Shown here: one piece after another, positions 25,478-32,000 of the stretch
How positions within the stretch are numbered: the first letter of the stretch is position 1
How the letters are laid out: each line of letters opens with the position of its first letter
Origin: Phycisphaera mikurensis NBRC 102666
GTDB taxonomy: Bacteria; Planctomycetota; Phycisphaerae; Phycisphaerales; Phycisphaeraceae
Assembly: GCF_000284115.1 (NCBI RefSeq)
Contig: NC_017080.1
Span: 2,700,001 to 2,732,000, forward strand
Length of the DNA: 32,000 bases
Direction of reading: 5' to 3'
Notes under the pieces: model-generated
Database searches by the model: none
What the model was told of the DNA's origin: nothing
What the model saw: the letters and a program-made list of their open reading frames with translations, nothing else
Program-made: the position numbers and the translations under genes

Positions 25478-25726
25478 GGCTGCATCCGCGGACCGCGACC
25501 CGGATCGTGCGAGAACCCCCGCGGTCCGCGGATCCCTGCCGCGTGTCGCAACGTCGGCTCGCGGAGTCGCTCCATCGCAGCGGTCACAGGCCGTGTGCTG
25601 ACGTGTGCCGCGGGTCGTGCACGGCCCGGCGATGACCCGGTCAATCGTAGAAGCGAGCGTCACCCGCGGACCGGGGTTCTTCGGTCGGAGGCGTCACGCG
25701 GCCGCGAAGAGCGAGCGCAGCGACGC

Positions 25727-25753
25727 GGAAGCCTCCCGCGGAGCGGAGGCTCC
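25727..25753 (-). terminator. GC-rich hairpin immediately downstream of eno stop
   Basis: GGAAGCCTCC (25727-25736) pairs, with one bulge, with GGAGGCTCC (25745-25753), directly abutting the eno stop codon; no T-tract visible. Confidence 0.35.
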
Positions 25754-28457
<2,704 letters not shown>

Positions 28458-28525
28458 AGGCCGCCGGGAGGCCGGGGGGCGCGAGCGCGTGCCCGGGGGC
28501 TTGCGCCCGCGTGTAGCTTCCCGCC

Positions 28526-29131
28526 ATGGCCGCCACCGACCTGGTTCCCGTCCGCACCGCCCTGCTCTCGGTCTCGGACAAATGCGGGCTGATTGACCTC
28601 GGCCGGGCCCTTCACGCTCGCGGGGTCACGCTGATCTCCACCGGGGGCACGCGGGCAGCGCTGACCGAGGCGGACCTGCCGACGGTGGGGATCGAGACGA
28701 TCACGGGTTTCCCGGAGATGATGGACGGGCGCGTGAAGACGCTGCACCCCAAGGTTCACGGCGGCCTGCTCGCCGTCCGGGACGACGCTTCCCACGCGGA
28801 GGCACTGAAGACGCACGGCATCACGCCGATCGACCTGGTCTGCGTCAACCTCTACCCCTTCGAGGCAACGGTCGCGGCGGAGGGCGTGACGCGGGCGGAA
28901 GCGATCGAGCAGATCGACATCGGCGGCCCCTCGATGCTGCGCTCGGCGGCGAAGAACCACCGCTACGTCGCGGCGGTCGGCGACCCGGCCGCGTACCCGC
29001 GCGTGCTCGCGGAGCTGGAAGCCCACGGCGGCGCGACGACGCTCGCGCTGCGGGCGGAGCTGGCGGCGGGCGTGTTCGCGCTGACGGCGGGGTACGACGG
29101 CGCGATCGCCTCTTACCTGCAGCAGCGCTGA
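28526..29131 (+). CDS. purH: Stand-alone IMP cyclohydrolase (PurH N-terminal MGS-like domain only)
   Basis: 201 aa; [102 protein letters not shown]; stop after [12 protein letters not shown], no AICAR transformylase domain. Confidence 0.88.
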   Translation: MAATDLVPVRTALLSVSDKCGLIDLGRALHARGVTLISTGGTRAALTEADLPTVGIETITGFPEMMDGRVKTLHPKVHGGLLAVRDDASHAEALKTHGITPIDLVCVNLYPFEATVAAEGVTRAEAIEQIDIGGPSMLRSAAKNHRYVAAVGDPAAYPRVLAELEAHGGATTLALRAELAAGVFALTAGYDGAIASYLQQR

Positions 29132-29283
29132 GCGCTCGGCCGCGAGGACGATCTCTCGCAACCGGCCGCGCGCAGGTCCCGCGGACGGCAGACGATTTCG
29201 TCGTCGAGCGTGGGCGGTCCGCGGCCGGAGGCGGTCTCTCCCCCCGGGGCGGTGCCGTCGGCCGGCGCCGTGCGGCTGCGGCG

Positions 29284-29318
29284 CGGGCCGGGCCGGGCCG
29301 GGCCGGGCCGGGCCGGGC
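29284..29318. repeat. Pentanucleotide tandem repeat (CGGGC)x7
   Basis: Seven exact CGGGC units by direct reading of 29281-29320. Confidence 0.95.
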
Positions 29319-29354
29319 GGATCTTGCCGGAGCCGGAAGCCGTACGCTGGCTCC

Positions 29355-30086
29355 GTGGCCACCGAAACGCTGACCGTCGACTTCTCCAAGGCCTTCCCGC
29401 TCTTCCCACTCCCGGGCGTGGTGCTGCTGCCGCACGGGGTTGCCCCGCTGCACATCTTCGAGGACCGCTACCGGGCGATGACGCGGCGGGCGCTGGACGG
29501 GGCGGGCCTGATCGCGATGGCGTCGCTGATGCCCGGGGGCGGCAGCGGCGCGGCGGCCGATGCGGAAGCCGACGACGAGCCGCCGAAGCTGCGGCCCGCG
29601 GTCTGCCTGGGCTACGTGAGCCAGCACGAGCGGCTGGACGACGGCCGCTACCACATGCTGCTGCAGGGGATCGCGCGGGCGGAGATCGTGAAGGAGCTTG
29701 CCCCCCACGAGGAGGGGTTCCGCCGGGCGCGGCTGCGGCCGCTGGGCGAACCGGGGGCGGACGCCGAGGCGGTGGCCGCGGCGGCGGACCGGCTGCTGAA
29801 GCGTCGGGCCGAGCTCGACGCGCTGCTGGCGGACCCCGAGCTGCAGAAGCTCGCCGCCGTCGCGCGGCTCAACGAGTGGCTGGAGGACGCGCTGCCGACC
29901 GAGGCGGTCTGCGACGTGGTGTCGATGACGCTGGTGCAGGACGACGCGCTGCGGTACGCGCTGCTGGCCGAGGGCGAGGCGCCCAGGCGGCTCGACGCGG
30001 TGCTGCGCTTCCTGCAGAAGACGCGGGCGGAGATGCGGAGCGCCGAGGACGCGCCGCGGGACGCCGGCGGGTACCTGCTCAATTGA
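29355..30086 (+). CDS. Stand-alone LON substrate-binding (LonN) domain protein
   Basis: GTG at 29355; FPLFPLPGVVLLPHGVAPLHIFEDRYRAMTRRALDGAGLIAMASL...AVCLGYVSQHERLDDGRYHMLLQGIARAEIVKEL; no AAA+ or protease domain. Confidence 0.88.
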   Translation: MATETLTVDFSKAFPLFPLPGVVLLPHGVAPLHIFEDRYRAMTRRALDGAGLIAMASLMPGGGSGAAADAEADDEPPKLRPAVCLGYVSQHERLDDGRYHMLLQGIARAEIVKELAPHEEGFRRARLRPLGEPGADAEAVAAAADRLLKRRAELDALLADPELQKLAAVARLNEWLEDALPTEAVCDVVSMTLVQDDALRYALLAEGEAPRRLDAVLRFLQKTRAEMRSAEDAPRDAGGYLLN

Positions 30087-30637
30087 GTCCGGCGGCTGCG
30101 CGGTCGGTGGAGCTTCGGCGCTGCGGATCCACAAACGCGGTCGCGGCGGCGTGGTGCCGCGGCGGCGGGGGCCTGCCGGTGTGCGTCTCGGCGTCGACGC
30201 AGACCGGTGGACGCGGGCAGTGGGGGCGGGCGTGGCTGAGCCCGGCGGGCGGGTGCTGGTTCACGCTGGCGGTGTCGGGGAGCGTCGGCGACGGCGAGGG
30301 CCTGCCGCTCGCGGCGGCGGCGGCGGTCGGGCGGGGGATCCGAGCGGCGACGGGGCTGGAGCCCGAGCGGGTCGCACCCAACGACCTGCTGATCGGCGGG
30401 GCAAAGGTGGCGGGGCTGCTTTGCGAGCGGCTGGCGCTGGCGGGCGGGACCGGGGGCGGAGGCGGCGCCACGCTCGTGGGCGTGGGGATTAACGCGAACG
30501 CCGTGCCGGCGGCGGGCGCAGCGCTCCGCCGCCCCGCCGCCTCGCTGGCGGCGGCGGCGGGGAAGCGGATCGACCTGCCGCGCCTCCGGGAGGCGTGCGT
30601 CGCCGAGCTGCTCTCGCTGCGGATGCCCACGCCGTGA
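30083..30637 (+). CDS. birA: Biotin--[acetyl-CoA-carboxylase] ligase (catalytic domain only)
   Basis: TTG at 30083 overlapping the LON-domain stop; STNAVAAAW...QTGGRGQWGRAWLSPAGGCWFTLAV...PNDLLIGGAKVAGLLCERL...VGVGINAN. Confidence 0.85.
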   Translation: MSPAAARSVELRRCGSTNAVAAAWCRGGGGLPVCVSASTQTGGRGQWGRAWLSPAGGCWFTLAVSGSVGDGEGLPLAAAAAVGRGIRAATGLEPERVAPNDLLIGGAKVAGLLCERLALAGGTGGGGGATLVGVGINANAVPAAGAALRRPAASLAAAAGKRIDLPRLREACVAELLSLRMPTP

Positions 30638-32000
30638 CGCGGCCCGCCGCCTCGCTCCGCGGCCGGCTCCTCGTGCTGATCATGGTGGCCGTCGGCTGCT
30701 TGCCGGTGCTGCTCTTCCTCGGGGATGCGCCGCTGCGGGGCAGCTCCGAAGCCCGGTACGCCCGGGTCGCCCAGCTGACCGCGGCGGAGCCGGCGCCGGC
30801 GGGCGCCGCACCGCGGTGGCTGGTCCCGCGGACGGACACCGGGCCGCACCTCACCAAGCCGCCGCTCGCCTACGCGGCGATGGCGGTGTCGATGCGGGTG
30901 CTCGGCGAGACCCCGCTGGCGGCGCGGCTGCCGGGGGCGCTTTCGGCGTGCGGCGTGCTGGCGCTCCTGGGCTTCGTCGCCCTCCGGCTGCACGGGCCGG
31001 GCGTGGCGGCGGTGGCGGTGGGCGTGCTCGCGATCACGCCGCTGCACGTCGCGGTCGCTCGGGTCGCGACGACCGACGCCATGCTGGCGCTGGCCTCGCT
31101 GGGGACGCTGGCGGCGGGGCTGCTCGCGCGGGCGGCGGGGCCGAGCCGCCGCGTCACGCTGCTGTTCCACGGCTCGATCGCGCTGGGCCTGCTTGCGAAG
31201 GGGCCGATCGCTCTGCTGCCCGCCGGGCTGGTGCTGGGGTGGCTCGCGCTGCCGCCGGCGGACCGGGCGGCGTTGCGGCGGCTGCGCCCGGGGGTCGGCC
31301 TGCCGCTGGCCTGCCTGCCGCTGGCGGCGTGGGCGGGTGGAGTGGCCTGGCACGACCCCGCGGCCGCGGAGCTGTGGTGGCAGGAGACGGTCGGCCGCGT
31401 GGGCGCCTCGGCCGACCACCCCAAGCCTTGGTGGTACCTGCTGCCCTTCTTCGCGCTGGGGCTGTGGCCGGTGACGCTGCTGCTGCCGCTGGCGGGCCCG
31501 CGGCGGGCCCTGGCGGCGGCCGCCGCGGGCGCGAGGCGCAAGCACCCGGCGTCGCTGCTCGCCCCGGCGGCCGCCGCCCCGCTGCTGCTGTTCACGCTGT
31601 TCACCGGGAAGCTGCCGACCTACCTGCTGCCGTGCGCCGCGCCGCTGGCGTGGTGCGTCGGGCTGCGCTTCGGGCGTGGCGAGCGGGAGGTGCCGGCCTC
31701 GGGCGTGGCGAGCCTGGCCGCGTCGTTGGCGCTGCCCGCGGCGGCCGTGGCGGTGCTCGCGGCGCGGCCCGGCCTCGCCGGGGCGGATTGGATCGCCTAC
31801 GCGTCGCACCCGGCGTTGCCGCAGGCCGCCGTCGGCCTGGGCGCCGGCTGCGTGCTCGTCGCGACGCTGGCCCTCGCTTGGCGTGGCCGCTCCCGCGGCG
31901 CGGTGCCCGCCGGGGCGGCTTTCGCCGTCGTGGTCGCGTGCTGGGGCGTGCTCGCCCGGACCGAGGCCCGGGTGCTTACCGACACCGCGACCCCGCGCTG
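30634..32000 (+). CDS. ArnT/PMT-like (GT39/GT83-type) membrane glycosyltransferase, partial at window end
   Basis: GTG at 30634 overlapping birA stop; VTRPAASLRGRLLVLIMVAVGCLPVLLFLGDAPLRGSSEARYARVAQL...KPPLAYAAMAVSMRVLGETPLAARLPGALSA...ARVATTDAMLALASLG...LLAKGPIALLPAGLVLGW; open to the last base. Not in the supplied ORF track because it runs off the end. Confidence 0.85.
   Translation, partial: MTRPAASLRGRLLVLIMVAVGCLPVLLFLGDAPLRGSSEARYARVAQLTAAEPAPAGAAPRWLVPRTDTGPHLTKPPLAYAAMAVSMRVLGETPLAARLPGALSACGVLALLGFVALRLHGPGVAAVAVGVLAITPLHVAVARVATTDAMLALASLGTLAAGLLARAAGPSRRVTLLFHGSIALGLLAKGPIALLPAGLVLGWLALPPADRAALRRLRPGVGLPLACLPLAAWAGGVAWHDPAAAELWWQETVGRVGASADHPKPWWYLLPFFALGLWPVTLLLPLAGPRRALAAAAAGARRKHPASLLAPAAAAPLLLFTLFTGKLPTYLLPCAAPLAWCVGLRFGRGEREVPASGVASLAASLALPAAAVAVLAARPGLAGADWIAYASHPALPQAAVGLGAGCVLVATLALAWRGRSRGAVPAGAAFAVVVACWGVLARTEARVLTDTATPR

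Noticed and set aside
28845-31809. Large minus-strand ORFs opposite the LON/birA/glycosyltransferase genes
   Set aside because: Low-complexity antisense frames, partly generated by the CGGGC repeat (PARPGPARPG).

Overview
High-GC chromosomal window whose gene content (FlhF/FlhG flagellar cluster, H-X9-DG prepilin-like protein, Zn-ribbon-containing signal peptidase I) suggests a Phycisphaerae-like planctomycete; this is an inference, since no taxonomic marker is present. The window is mostly housekeeping: partial fabG-like SDR, nadB, a LEA14-like lipoprotein, a minus-strand flagellar block (fliA/whiG-type sigma, small membrane protein, flhG, flhF, flhA, flhB), sucD, nuoH, lepB, ilvH/N, rpiB overlapping a YrdC-like/LMW-phosphatase fusion, an ABC ATPase, a VWA protein, an H-X9-DG prepilin-like protein, a GT4 glycosyltransferase, lpxD, a Gfo/Idh/MocA oxidoreductase, eno, a PQQ-repeat lipoprotein, a stand-alone IMP cyclohydrolase, a stand-alone LON domain, birA and a partial ArnT-like glycosyltransferase. 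I see no defence system, CRISPR array, tRNA/rRNA or transposase. The most interesting signals are: (1) a three-copy family of modular palindromic intercistronic elements with arms made of a degenerate 8-bp repeat (RCTTCYYC / GRRGAAGY), one expanded to about 34 units and supplying the C-terminus and stop codon of lpxD; (2) a YrdC-like domain that appears to have lost its KxR and SxN motifs, fused to a YwlE-type (CTGNTCRS, predicted arginine) phosphatase and overlapping rpiB; (3) a PurH truncated exactly at its domain boundary; (4) a signal peptidase I with a Zn-ribbon-like insert and a very large insert between catalytic boxes; (5) alternative inverted repeats in the flhG-downstream gap; (6) a CGGGC x7 microsatellite with G-quadruplex potential just upstream of the LON-domain gene.
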